Source: Candidatus Hydrogenedentota bacterium
Lineage (GTDB): Bacteria; Hydrogenedentota; Hydrogenedentia; Hydrogenedentales; CAILVY01
Length of the DNA stretch: 64,000 bases
Direction: 5' to 3'
Assembly: GCA_029565395.1 (NCBI GenBank)
Contig: JAKQOG010000069.1
Coordinates: forward strand, 14,322 to 78,321
Positions 45,959-55,546 of this stretch are shown in pieces. Positions within the stretch are counted from its first letter, which is position 1. Every line of letters begins with the position of its first letter. The position numbers and the translations under genes are program-made. The notes under the pieces were generated by a model. It saw only the letters and a list, made by a program, of their open reading frames with translations, did no database searches and had not been told where the DNA came from.

Positions 45959-46322
45959 TTCAAATACTCCTTTTCTATGAGCATTAGTGAATGAAAATGC
46001 AGGCCGCTTTGACTGCGAATGTTAAGCACTACTCTTTGGTTCAGCGCATACTGAATCCAGGCCTTAATAAGGGAAGGCACTTCTGAAAAGAGATAGCATC
46101 AGGATGTGTTATCTATTTAATGTACTGCTGTATAATGTCTTATGTCCTGTCCTGGGGCCGCTGTTTTATCTATTATATCATGAAATGCAATTATTTCAAA
46201 TGGCGGTATAGATTTACTGTATTTATTGGAATTAATTAAACAATAGCGGCTGGTGTTTTTCAATCAAAACGCGTAAAAAGGGGTTTCTGAAAAAGAGGGG
46301 CTGGTTAAAGAAGATTTTTTCC

Positions 46323-46386
46323 TTGTACAAATATGTACGATCCAGGGGATGAAAAAGTTCTATGTACAAAATTGTGCGGTCCAGGA
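46323..46386. promoter_or_regulatory. Two direct-repeat copies of a palindromic operator-like site (GTACA-N4-TGTAC) in the divergent intergenic region
   Basis: TTGTACAAATATGTACGATCCAGGGG at 46323-46348 contains the perfect palindrome GTACAaataTGTAC. The imperfect copy TATGTACAAAATTGTGCGGTCCAGGA lies at 46360-46386. Both are about 140-200 bp upstream of the sensor kinase start, in AT-rich DNA. Confidence 0.4.
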
Positions 46387-46522
46387 AAGGCTTGATACAT
46401 GTTGCAAGTATTTTTGTATGAATAACTTATGAGAATACAACGTTTTGGCACGGGGGTTGCTTTATTGTTGACTGCGCGGATTGGAAGCGCAGTTTTAACC
46501 AATAACTGGAAGGAAACGCCTT

Positions 46523-47707
46523 GTGGCACTAGGAATGATCAAGATGACTCAAGAATTACCCCCCGCCCAACCTGCCCACCATCAAACGACTCCCCTGTGG
46601 ACGTATAGCGCCCCGCAAGGATCGCAACCCGCGAAGTTGCTGGTTGTGGATGACGAGAACGGTCCGCGTCAGGCGCTTCGGATGTTGCTCAAGGAAGAGT
46701 TTAATGTTGAGCTGGCGAATGGCGTGGATGCAGCCCTTGAAGTCCTCAATCACGAGGCGGTAGACGTGATTATTACAGACATCCGTATGCCGAATAAGTC
46801 AGGTCTGGATCTATTGCGGGAAGTAAAAAAACGGTATCCGGATATCCAGGTGATAATTTTGACGGGTTTTGGGCAACTCGAAAGCGCCATGGAGGCGATT
46901 GAATGCGGTGCGTTTGCGTATTTGGAGAAGCCTTTTGACAGTAATGTGATGATGGAGAAGGTGCATGCGTCGGTGGAGCGGCGCCGGGAGGAGCAAAGCC
47001 GCCGCGCCATGGAGTATCTGGCGGTGGAGGCGAATCGTTTTGAGACGCTGGGGCACATGGTATCCGGCGCCTTGCACGATTTGGGCACGCCGCTTTCGGT
47101 GATTGGGACAAATCTGGATTTACTGCTGGACCAACCCAATAAGCCAGATATCGAGCGGCGGCTGGAGGTTATGCGGGGCCAGGTGAAGCACTGTACGGAT
47201 TTGGTGCGGACCACATTGAATTTTCTGCGCCGTTCCCCGGAGGTTCAACTTGAAATCAGTTTGAACCAGGTGGTGGAGCAATGCCTGGAGGTGGCGCGTC
47301 CGTTTCTTATCAGTCATCAAGTGGCCTCTTTTTCCGACCTGTGTCCGTCGTTGCCGCCCATCATGGGGGATATTGTGATGGTACGCCAGGCGGTGTTGAA
47401 TCTGGTTTACAATGCGGCGCAGGCGATGCAGCAACAAGAGGACTCTCGCGTGATAAGCGTGCGTACTTGGAGTGAGGAAGGATTTGCATGTCTGGCGGTG
47501 GAAGATACGGGGCCGGGCATTGCGAAAGAAATCCGGGATCATATTTTTGACACCTTATTTACCACGAAAGGCAAACAAGGCACGGGATTGGGATTGTCGG
47601 TGGTGAAGTATGTGATGCAGCGTCATGGGGGGGAGGTCCGGGTGGAAGATGCTCCGGATCAAGGCACACGTTTTCTGTTGCGGTTTCCCCTAACAAAAGA
47701 GAATTGA
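46523..47707 (+). CDS. Hybrid two-component protein: N-terminal receiver (REC) domain fused to a histidine kinase (HisKA + HATPase_c)
   Basis: REC block KLLVVDDENGPRQ...DVIITDIRMPNKSGLDLL...KPF. H-box GALHDLGTPLSVI. ATPase G-boxes DTGPGIAKE and GTGLGLSVVKYVMQRHGG. Confidence 0.8.
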   Translation: MALGMIKMTQELPPAQPAHHQTTPLWTYSAPQGSQPAKLLVVDDENGPRQALRMLLKEEFNVELANGVDAALEVLNHEAVDVIITDIRMPNKSGLDLLREVKKRYPDIQVIILTGFGQLESAMEAIECGAFAYLEKPFDSNVMMEKVHASVERRREEQSRRAMEYLAVEANRFETLGHMVSGALHDLGTPLSVIGTNLDLLLDQPNKPDIERRLEVMRGQVKHCTDLVRTTLNFLRRSPEVQLEISLNQVVEQCLEVARPFLISHQVASFSDLCPSLPPIMGDIVMVRQAVLNLVYNAAQAMQQQEDSRVISVRTWSEEGFACLAVEDTGPGIAKEIRDHIFDTLFTTKGKQGTGLGLSVVKYVMQRHGGEVRVEDAPDQGTRFLLRFPLTKEN

Positions 47708-47794
47708 GCGCACTGGCTGCGGTGGGTGACATCGATACGGGGGTTGGCCGGCATGCAATGCCTTCAGGGGGCGTCGTGCCGGCCAGTTCTTTTT

Positions 47795-49252
47795 TTAGAA
47801 ATAAATAACGGTGGACAGGTAGAGGAAATGTTGATCGACGCCCATACTGGTATCGCGGAGCCCGAAGGTGGCTTGGCGCACATTATCACCCCATCGGTAT
47901 ACGTAGGCGAAGTCCAGGTTGACCCGGTTATGTACTAATAGTCCGGCGCCCACAGATACGCCGAAGAAATCATCAGGATGTCCGCTGCCTTTTTTGAGAC
48001 CGAACCAACTGCGGCGGCGGTTGCTGGCAGGTTCTGGGTCATAGAAAAATCCGGCGCGCAGACTGGGGAGGTAGTTCTGTTTGGGTTTCTTTTCGAAGAG
48101 AAATACATATTCCGCTCCCAGACGAACGCAATAGGTGGGATCGTTAGGACTTTGGTTTTTGGGAAGCCCGGTTACGCCGGATCGTTTTTGCATGCTGAAT
48201 TGACTGTTCTTCCGATCCCGGATAACGAACTCGTCCCATTCCCTGCGGGTGACGTCAAACGAGAGGGTGAGACGGTCGCCGGGGAAGCGGTAGGCAATGC
48301 CGATGCCGAAGGCGCTTGGGAAGTCGTATTCAAGCGGGCGTACGCTGCGGGTATATCCCGGAAATGCACTGACCTGGCTCATGCGCACCACTTCGGTGTA
48401 TTTCACCCGGGCCTTCAATTTGCTGTGATAGACCGCGCCAAGGCTCAGCCGTTCGGTCGGTTTAACAAGAATGCCGACGGTGAAGTTCATTCCGTCGAAG
48501 TTCTCGTAGTTTTTCTCGATGCGCAGTTTGGACTGGTTGAAGGGGGCCAGCACACCGTTGATAAGCCCCCGGGAACGCACTTCGGTCCGCTCCTCCCACT
48601 CATTTTTCGGGAGAATGTCGTGATACCAGAGATTGAGTACGGCGCCCACGGAGATGCGGTTGGTGATCTCGAAGCCGAACGCGGGCGAGAGCGCCGCCAG
48701 TTCTCCCCGTTGGAGATAGCGGTACTTACTCAGGGTGGAGGCCGTGCCTCCACCGAAAAGGCTTCCCACCGTGTTGTAATTAAAGTTCAGGTCGCGGTCG
48801 AAGTCATATTTTCGTTGATAATTGAGGCTCAGCACCAGGTTTCGGCCTGCGATGGTCCAGGGAATGGGCCAGGCCACGCTCAGATAATTGACCCCGTTCA
48901 GGTCCACGGTTTCCTGGCTGTTCAGTTCAGAATGGTCTTTCGAGCGGACGTTTTCACGGTAAAAATCGAAGTCATGCACGAATGAGATTTCCGGGCGTTC
49001 GAGTTGGGTGAGGCCGCCCGGATTCCATGAAGCGGCGGTGGCGTCATCGGCCACGGCAATGAATGCGCCGCCCATGCCGATGGCGCGCGCCCCGCTGCCC
49101 ACGGGATTGGGCGAGGACGTGATCGTGAGCTGCGCTCCCGCCCCGCCGCACAGAGTGAGGGTCAGCACGAGGTTACATAGTAATGGCCGGAAGCCCTTGA
49201 TCAATCTTCGCGCCCTCCTTCGTTGGCGCAACGGTTTGCGCCTTGGTGCCAT
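47795..49252 (-). CDS. Outer-membrane beta-barrel transporter of the FadL/TodX/OmpP1 family
   Basis: The N-terminal conserved block GARAIGMGGAFIAVADDATAASWNPGGL and a C-terminal aromatic residue (..VIYF). The ATG at 49252 overlaps the upstream gene, so the true start may be internal. Confidence 0.7.
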   Translation of the reverse strand: MAPRRKPLRQRRRARRLIKGFRPLLCNLVLTLTLCGGAGAQLTITSSPNPVGSGARAIGMGGAFIAVADDATAASWNPGGLTQLERPEISFVHDFDFYRENVRSKDHSELNSQETVDLNGVNYLSVAWPIPWTIAGRNLVLSLNYQRKYDFDRDLNFNYNTVGSLFGGGTASTLSKYRYLQRGELAALSPAFGFEITNRISVGAVLNLWYHDILPKNEWEERTEVRSRGLINGVLAPFNQSKLRIEKNYENFDGMNFTVGILVKPTERLSLGAVYHSKLKARVKYTEVVRMSQVSAFPGYTRSVRPLEYDFPSAFGIGIAYRFPGDRLTLSFDVTRREWDEFVIRDRKNSQFSMQKRSGVTGLPKNQSPNDPTYCVRLGAEYVFLFEKKPKQNYLPSLRAGFFYDPEPASNRRRSWFGLKKGSGHPDDFFGVSVGAGLLVHNRVNLDFAYVYRWGDNVRQATFGLRDTSMGVDQHFLYLSTVIYF

Positions 49253-51254
49253 TGGACATCACACTCATAATCTTTGCCCTGCCCACTTCCACAAATTCTC
49301 CCGGTTGAAGCACTTCGCCGGTGGTTTGGTCGATCCATGGTTCTTCTTCATGAACGATCAGCACATAAGCGCCTTCCCGCACGCCGTCTTCCTTGGTCCA
49401 GTTCAACAACAGGTCTTGATTGCGCACGGCCATAACTTCGCCGGAAAGCCGCGGGTACAGCTTGGTAAGTTGCGCCACCAGATTTTCGCAAGCTTTATTC
49501 ACCGCTTCGCTGTTATCCCGGTTATCCACAAACGCGTCCAGAGTGGCGATTACATCGGAGGTTTCCGGGCTGAGAACCCGCGCTTTAATCTCGATGCCCT
49601 TTTCATCCCGCGGGAAAACATCAGCGACCAAGAACGCTTGTGCAGGAGTCACTTTGCCCAGGGTGATGGCTTGATTGGGATCGGCCAATGCGGCGGCCAA
49701 TTGCTGTTCGGTGAGCACTTCCTGCAAGCGGGTGCGGTCTAAAACCCGGAACCGCTCCTGCTGCACCATCTGCGCTTCGGTGGTGGTGCGCAGAAGCGCG
49801 CCGACCGATGTGTCCACGCCTTGTCCCGCAAAGGCCAACACGGCCACGGGCATATGGGATTCCTTTGCCGCTAACTGCACGGGGCGGACATCCACCTCCA
49901 CGGTTTTATCCAGTGCGGCGCCCGCGGAATCTTCCGCATGAATGGCCACGTTGAGTTTGCCCGTTCCATCTTTTAATTGCGCTTCATCGATGGGGATGCG
50001 CCGGTTGAAGCTCTCTTTGGGGGCGCCGGTAAGTTCCTGGAAGGGTTCGCCATTAATAGTCAGGGCGGCTACTTTGGTTTGCGTGACCACTTCTCCGGAA
50101 ATGCATAGGGTGCGGTTGTGGCGGTAGGGGCGGTCCGGGGTGGGGGATTTCAACCGGATTTCACTGACAGGGTCCGCCGTGGCGCTTAATAGGATTTCAA
50201 GCGGCACCGTTCCTGACAGAGCCAGTTGAAGTTTCTCCGGATGTTTTTGTTTCAACAGCCACAACTTGGCTTCCGGTGAGTTCGGATTGCCTTTGAATAC
50301 TTTAACGGCGGACCGGGTTTCGTTTCCGGCCACGTCGCGCGCGGCGACGATAAAGGTGTTCTCACCATCGCCCAGTGCCAATTCCGTGTTGAAGGGCATG
50401 CGGGGCTTGCCATTGGGTTCGCCGAGGGAACGCTCGCTTACGCCTACGTAGGACAAGCCATTTTTGTCCACCGATGCCCCATCCAGGATTACGGTTCCTT
50501 CTTCGGTAACGGTGGGTTCAATGGGCGCGAACACGCCGATGGTGGGGCCGGTGAGGTCCACGGTCACTTCCACCTGTTGCTCCACTTTCTTTTCCGCAAG
50601 GTCTGTAACGGCCACATCAATTTTCTGCGGCCCTTCCTTCAGGAGCACCTCTTTCTTTACGTCAACCTTCTCCGCACTGCCGCGCTGCGGCACTTCCGTG
50701 CCGTTCACTGTTACCTTGGCCACCCCGACATCGTCCTTGGCATTAACCTCGAAGGTGAGTTCGCGCGAAGCAATAATGGTCTCTTTTGGCAGTACAATAC
50801 CGACTTCTGGCGCGGTGTCGTCCTTGAGTTTCCCCTCCTGAATCTTTTTCTTTTTGATCATATCCAAGTAGTAGTGGCCGCGGATGGTGTCCATTTCCTC
50901 CAGAGAACGGTTGAGGCATTGCTCGGCTTCGTCCAGCCGGTTCAGGTGAAAATAGGCAATCCCCAGTTCTCGATTGGGGAAATATTCGACAAAATGCAGG
51001 CCATAGGTGCGGGCGCGCCAGGAATCCTGTTTTCGCCCTTTCAGGGCTATCTGAAAATCCTTTACGGCCTCATCATAAAATTTTCCGGCTAAAAAGGAAG
51101 AACCCCGCTCGTAGTAGCTCCACCAGCGGCCGCGGAATACACCTTTCGTTACGCCATACGTTACCCCATCCCGGGTGTAGGCGGACTTCAGTTCGGCGGC
51201 ACAACTCCCCAGGAGAATCCCTGCCACCAGAACTACGGCAATCTTTCTTACCAT
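49173..51254 (-). CDS. Lipoprotein with N-terminal TPR-like repeats, central Ig-like beta domains and a C-terminal domain resembling CsgG/LpoB-type lipoprotein folds
   Basis: Lipobox VAGILLGSC at the N-terminus when started at M14. Predicted TPR helices (YFHLNRLDEAEQCLNRSL). The C-terminal block VAVLAFAGQGVD...ERFRVLDRTRLQEVLTEQQL resembles CsgG-family signatures. Confidence 0.4.
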   Translation of the reverse strand: MVRKIAVVLVAGILLGSCAAELKSAYTRDGVTYGVTKGVFRGRWWSYYERGSSFLAGKFYDEAVKDFQIALKGRKQDSWRARTYGLHFVEYFPNRELGIAYFHLNRLDEAEQCLNRSLEEMDTIRGHYYLDMIKKKKIQEGKLKDDTAPEVGIVLPKETIIASRELTFEVNAKDDVGVAKVTVNGTEVPQRGSAEKVDVKKEVLLKEGPQKIDVAVTDLAEKKVEQQVEVTVDLTGPTIGVFAPIEPTVTEEGTVILDGASVDKNGLSYVGVSERSLGEPNGKPRMPFNTELALGDGENTFIVAARDVAGNETRSAVKVFKGNPNSPEAKLWLLKQKHPEKLQLALSGTVPLEILLSATADPVSEIRLKSPTPDRPYRHNRTLCISGEVVTQTKVAALTINGEPFQELTGAPKESFNRRIPIDEAQLKDGTGKLNVAIHAEDSAGAALDKTVEVDVRPVQLAAKESHMPVAVLAFAGQGVDTSVGALLRTTTEAQMVQQERFRVLDRTRLQEVLTEQQLAAALADPNQAITLGKVTPAQAFLVADVFPRDEKGIEIKARVLSPETSDVIATLDAFVDNRDNSEAVNKACENLVAQLTKLYPRLSGEVMAVRNQDLLLNWTKEDGVREGAYVLIVHEEEPWIDQTTGEVLQPGEFVEVGRAKIMSVMSNGTKAQTVAPTKEGAKIDQGLPAITM

Positions 51255-51432
51255 CACACACCCCGTCCGTTGTTTCTGTCCATAGGGTACCATAGCCGGG
51301 GGAGAATGTAAAGGGATCGATGAAAATGATAAAAAGGGGCCAGGTGTATAAAGGGCTGCCTTTGTTTTATAATTCCATCAAATCTATATAAGATTTAGGT
51401 ATAATGAGCGGTAGATACTTGGACAACGAACC

Positions 51433-51714
51433 ATGAATAGAGATTTCCAAATACGCATTGCCGAGGCAGCAGAAGCCCTGAAAGAGGCGGGGGCCAGCGA
51501 GGTGTTTTTATTTGGATCGGCCACCCGTGACCGTATGAACGAAAACTCTGATGTGGATATTGCCATCTCAGGTTTGCCCCCGGAACGGTTTTTTAAGGCA
51601 ATGGGAATAGCCAGAAATATTCTGGGGCTACCTGTTGATTTAGTTGATTTGGATGAAAACAACCCCTTCACCCAGTATCTTAAGGAGGAAGAGGAGTTGG
51701 TACGTGTGGGATAA
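51433..51714 (+). CDS. mnt: Nucleotidyltransferase-domain antitoxin (MNT, HepT/MNT type II/VII TA system)
   Basis: The G-S-x10-D-x-D motif FLFGSATRDRMNENSDVDIAI. 93 aa. Confidence 0.8.
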   Translation: MNRDFQIRIAEAAEALKEAGASEVFLFGSATRDRMNENSDVDIAISGLPPERFFKAMGIARNILGLPVDLVDLDENNPFTQYLKEEEELVRVG

Positions 51715-52156
51715 GTTTAAGAGGCAAGTCCAAGTGGATTTGGAACAGATTTCTGGGATGTTTCATATGCACTACAAATTACTGGAAAAATGCCAGACAG
51801 AGTGTCCCAATACAGATGAAATCCCCGCGGTTGCCGCAATCCTGCATTCTTTTTATACAGGCGTTGAGAATATTTTCAAAAGAATTGCTATCGAGATTGA
51901 TGGGTTGGCTCCTACTGGCGCAATGTGGCATTCGCAACTTTTACAATCCATGGTTTCTTCAAATTCGAAGCGTCCTGCGGTAATCTCTCATGAACTGTAT
52001 GAGGACTTGCAGGAATACCTTGATTTTCGACATGTATTCCGCCATGCCTATACGTTTGATCTGAAATGGGTGAAAATGGCATCTTTGGCACAACGATCCG
52101 GGGATATGCTCCATCGTCTCGAAAATGAATTACAGGTATTCTTGAAAACGCTTTAG
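51704..52156 (+). CDS. hepT: HepT-like (DUF86) RNase toxin
   Basis: The R-x4-H-x-Y motif (RHVFRHAY) near the C-terminus. The likely GTG start at 51704 overlaps the mnt stop by 11 nt. Confidence 0.65.
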   Translation: MWDKFKRQVQVDLEQISGMFHMHYKLLEKCQTECPNTDEIPAVAAILHSFYTGVENIFKRIAIEIDGLAPTGAMWHSQLLQSMVSSNSKRPAVISHELYEDLQEYLDFRHVFRHAYTFDLKWVKMASLAQRSGDMLHRLENELQVFLKTL

Positions 52157-52240
52157 CGGCGTTGTCAGTCCAGTGAAAAAAACTGGCAATGATGCTTTTC
52201 ACATAAATCCGAAAAATAAACTGCTCAGGGAATTTCACCT

Positions 52241-54466
52241 ATGTTGTTTAGTATTGGAATAAGCATGATTTTTTGTAGTATAGGAACCGGTGTGGTTGTG
52301 GAAACAGGTACAATGCACATTGACTTGCTGGGAGAGAGCGCGGTGCGGCTTGAACGGGCCTATTCCCGGTTGTGCGCCCCGCCGTTGAGCGATGCGGAAT
52401 TTGATTTGTCGGATGTCAGTTTCAAGTATACCCGCCGTTTCACGGAATACAGCGGCGATATTTCCGGGCGGATGCTGGGTGCGCTGAATGCCGCCGAACC
52501 GCTGTTGGGAAAACAGAGTCCGCTATTGGACGCGCTATTGGCCGGATTTCCCCTTTACCAAAAGGAGGATGGTCATTTTGGGGCGCCGCAGCAATTAAGC
52601 AAGGAAGTGAACCAGGATCGCGATATGCCGATTCTTTGGGGGAATGGGCGTCTGCTGCTGGCGCTGTCCGAACGCTGCAAAACGATCCCGGATGAAAAAA
52701 TGCTGGTGATGGCGAAACGGTTGGGGGACTATGTTATTTCCACCCGGCCGTACTATGGCCTAAAGGAGAACTTTGAAAAAGTGGGGGGGAAGTATTCGGC
52801 GGGATTTACGACGTGCTATCCTTCGTTGATTGACGGTTTGGTGGCCTTGGGTGAATTGACGGGGGATGCGCGCTATTTGGACGAAGCACGGTTTATTGCC
52901 ACGTTGTCGTTGCTGGACAAGGAGTTCAAAGGCCATCACAGTCATGGCCGCCTGGTGGCCTACCGGGGAATGCTGGATCTCGACCGTATTTCGGATAACC
53001 GTGAATTTACGGATGCTGTGCGGGAAGGGTGCACGCGGTTTAATCAGGATTTCATTTTGCCCACGGGCGGGGTGACTGAACTGACGGACCGCGCGTATAT
53101 CCGCGATGAGGGGTGCTCGGAAGCGGATTGGATTCGGGTGAATTTCCTGCTGTGGAAAGCCACGAACGAACCACAATGGCTGGATGTCGCCGAACATGCC
53201 TGGTGTAATCATCTGCTGGGCACGCAGTTTGCCAACGGGGGATTCGGCCATAGCACCTTTACCGCATTGAACTTCAACGGGAAGAGTTATCCCGGCGGGC
53301 GGTTGGAACACTACGTTTCCGATTCGTATTGGTGCTGCTCCATGCATTGCACCCAGGTGCTGGCGGACTTGGCGCACTGGGGCGTGCTCTTTGAAAAAGA
53401 TTCGATTCGGATTCCTTGGCTGGCGGAAGTCCGCGCCAAAGAACCTTCCGGCGCGTATACGGTGACGGTGGAGAAATCGGCTCAGGGCGTTTGGAAAGTG
53501 AAACTGGATTCTAAGGAAGAACAAACTCTCAAAATGCAGTTGCGAGTACCGGGCTGGGTAGATGCAATACAAGTAAATGGTCAATTGCATGCAGGCCAAC
53601 AGGGCTGGGTGGAGATTCCCTGCACCTGGAAAGGGTCGAAATTATTGGAGGTGCGGATGCCGAATACGATCCGGCTAGCGGGGCCGTATGGCAAGGACGT
53701 CCAAGAATCCGAGCCGGTGCGGATATTTGCCGGGGCCGCGATGTATTGCCTCCCGGAACCGTGGCTTTCTGATGGGCTGGTGGACAAACACGCGGTTCCA
53801 ATGATTTGGATGGCGTCGGAAGAGCCCAAGCAGGGTGCTATTCCCGTGGTTGTGGAGGGTGATAACGGAAAGCTGCAACAGGCGCGGCTGGTTCCGTTGG
53901 CGGAACGGCCCTTGGGGGCGTGCTGGATGGTGTTCCAAGTGAAGAAACTGGAACCGGCCCAATTTGAGCAACGTGTGGCAAGTGCGGTCCCCGAATCCAA
54001 ACCTGGAACGCCGGTCGAGTTCATGTTTTCATCGGAAATGCCCTACATGTGCTATATGAATGGCCGTCAGATGTTCCAAGGCGAGGGCTGGCAGGAAGCG
54101 CCGCGCGTTACGGCCTATACCCGCGAGAAGAAAATTGTGATGGCGGTGAAAGTGCCCATGGGCAAAGAAAAGCCGGGCGTCATCGGACAAATTCTTACCG
54201 GAAAAGGCGCGGTGGTCACGCAACCGGATACGTGGCAGGTGCTGGCGTGCGATGAGGAGCCGCCCATGGAATGGCTCATGGATCTTTCCAAAGGCGCGGA
54301 CCATATTTTGCCCATCACGGACCTTGGCGGTTACGGCGCGGAACCCTGGAAACACACCCCCGCCCATTTTTCTGGCACCAACGCACGCTGGCTCTGGGCC
54401 GACACGAAGAACGCTAAAGAGGAACCGAAATGGCTGCTGTTCCGAAAAGAAGTTGAAGTGAAATAG
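52241..54466 (+). CDS. Glycoside hydrolase family 127-like (DUF1680, beta-L-arabinofuranosidase-type)
   Basis: E-x-C (DEGCSEAD) followed about 75 residues later by CC (SDSYWCCSMHC). This reproduces the GH127 Glu/Cys/Cys-Cys zinc-site spacing. Length 741 aa. Confidence 0.65.
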   Translation: MLFSIGISMIFCSIGTGVVVETGTMHIDLLGESAVRLERAYSRLCAPPLSDAEFDLSDVSFKYTRRFTEYSGDISGRMLGALNAAEPLLGKQSPLLDALLAGFPLYQKEDGHFGAPQQLSKEVNQDRDMPILWGNGRLLLALSERCKTIPDEKMLVMAKRLGDYVISTRPYYGLKENFEKVGGKYSAGFTTCYPSLIDGLVALGELTGDARYLDEARFIATLSLLDKEFKGHHSHGRLVAYRGMLDLDRISDNREFTDAVREGCTRFNQDFILPTGGVTELTDRAYIRDEGCSEADWIRVNFLLWKATNEPQWLDVAEHAWCNHLLGTQFANGGFGHSTFTALNFNGKSYPGGRLEHYVSDSYWCCSMHCTQVLADLAHWGVLFEKDSIRIPWLAEVRAKEPSGAYTVTVEKSAQGVWKVKLDSKEEQTLKMQLRVPGWVDAIQVNGQLHAGQQGWVEIPCTWKGSKLLEVRMPNTIRLAGPYGKDVQESEPVRIFAGAAMYCLPEPWLSDGLVDKHAVPMIWMASEEPKQGAIPVVVEGDNGKLQQARLVPLAERPLGACWMVFQVKKLEPAQFEQRVASAVPESKPGTPVEFMFSSEMPYMCYMNGRQMFQGEGWQEAPRVTAYTREKKIVMAVKVPMGKEKPGVIGQILTGKGAVVTQPDTWQVLACDEEPPMEWLMDLSKGADHILPITDLGGYGAEPWKHTPAHFSGTNARWLWADTKNAKEEPKWLLFRKEVEVK

Positions 54467-54667
54467 CGCCCGTTTCAGATTTTAGGCGTTCCATACAGAT
54501 AGTGGTCAAGATTTATGGAACCGTCTTTAGGTAAGTCGTTCGCGATGCCGAATATTGGGCGAAGACGCTCATAGAGCGACATATCTGAATCTTCTATTGA
54601 GGATACTTCGTTCGATTGATCTTCAGGTTCGATCATCATGATAGAGTTTGCTCATCAGGAAAGTTGT

Positions 54668-55123
54668 TCATACGAGATAAACATCCTGTTTTTTGCTGGA
54701 TTCTTTAAAGACGGCATTTTCCTGTTTTCTTCTTCGCAGCCAGAGAATACAATAAACGTACGGTAAACTATTCAAAATGAACCAGCAGAATATTTTCCAA
54801 TCGAAGCCAATAATTGAGAAGCCCATCACATATATTCCCCACACGATGATTAGAAGGACGACAAGCAATTTTTGTGCGTGTTTTGTTTGTTTAATGCAGC
54901 GAAATAATACTAGCCAAATTAGACACAAGTACAATAACGGGAAACATGTTTTCAGGATTATTTCTTCAATATCCTCGGCTAAATGATGGACAATAACAGC
55001 GCCAAGAAGGAAGGTCCACAGAAGGCCGATGATCAAAATGCCCAAATAATAACCCCACAAAAGCATCTTTTCCTTTGAGATGGACATCATCGGCATATCC
55101 TCACCAACCTTGATAATTATCAA
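54668..55123 (-). CDS. Small 4-TM membrane protein encoded in an AT-rich island
   Basis: 151 aa with four hydrophobic helices. Local GC is far below that of the flanking genes. Confidence 0.4.
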   Translation of the reverse strand: MIIIKVGEDMPMMSISKEKMLLWGYYLGILIIGLLWTFLLGAVIVHHLAEDIEEIILKTCFPLLYLCLIWLVLFRCIKQTKHAQKLLVVLLIIVWGIYVMGFSIIGFDWKIFCWFILNSLPYVYCILWLRRRKQENAVFKESSKKQDVYLV

Positions 55124-55546
55124 TATCTCAAAAGCATCCTTGCGTTGTTCTCACTATACATGATCTTCTTTGTTATTGCCAGCCTTGGCCGCCCAGCGAA
55201 TTACCGATCAAAAGCACGATTTACTCAAAACGGGGTGAATAGTAGGTCCTATCTCCAGGTAGGACATTTTTTCATATAATTGAACCCGATTTGATGTGAT
55301 TTGATGTATATATGACACCCTGATAACCGTGCAAACTACGCATCTACAAACGTTTCAAGCCTGTTATAGAAGGTTCTTTCCGATGCCGCAGCGTTGTTAC
55401 TTCAGGATTGAATTTTGGTGCGGGATGCGCGTTAAAAAAGTCCCACCTGGAGATGTGACCTACTATTGACCTCGGTGTAGGTAATGTGCTTTTGGTGGGT
55501 GAACTGTCGACAAAGGCAGTTGGAGACTTACAATAACACAAGTTCT

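Noticed and set aside
47978-48985. 335-aa plus-strand ORF
   Set aside because: It is antisense to the FadL-family outer-membrane gene, whose conserved N-terminal block and C-terminal Phe support the minus-strand frame.
52760-53599. 279-aa minus-strand ORF
   Set aside because: It lies inside the GH127-like gene, whose frame reproduces the E-x-C ... CC zinc-site spacing.
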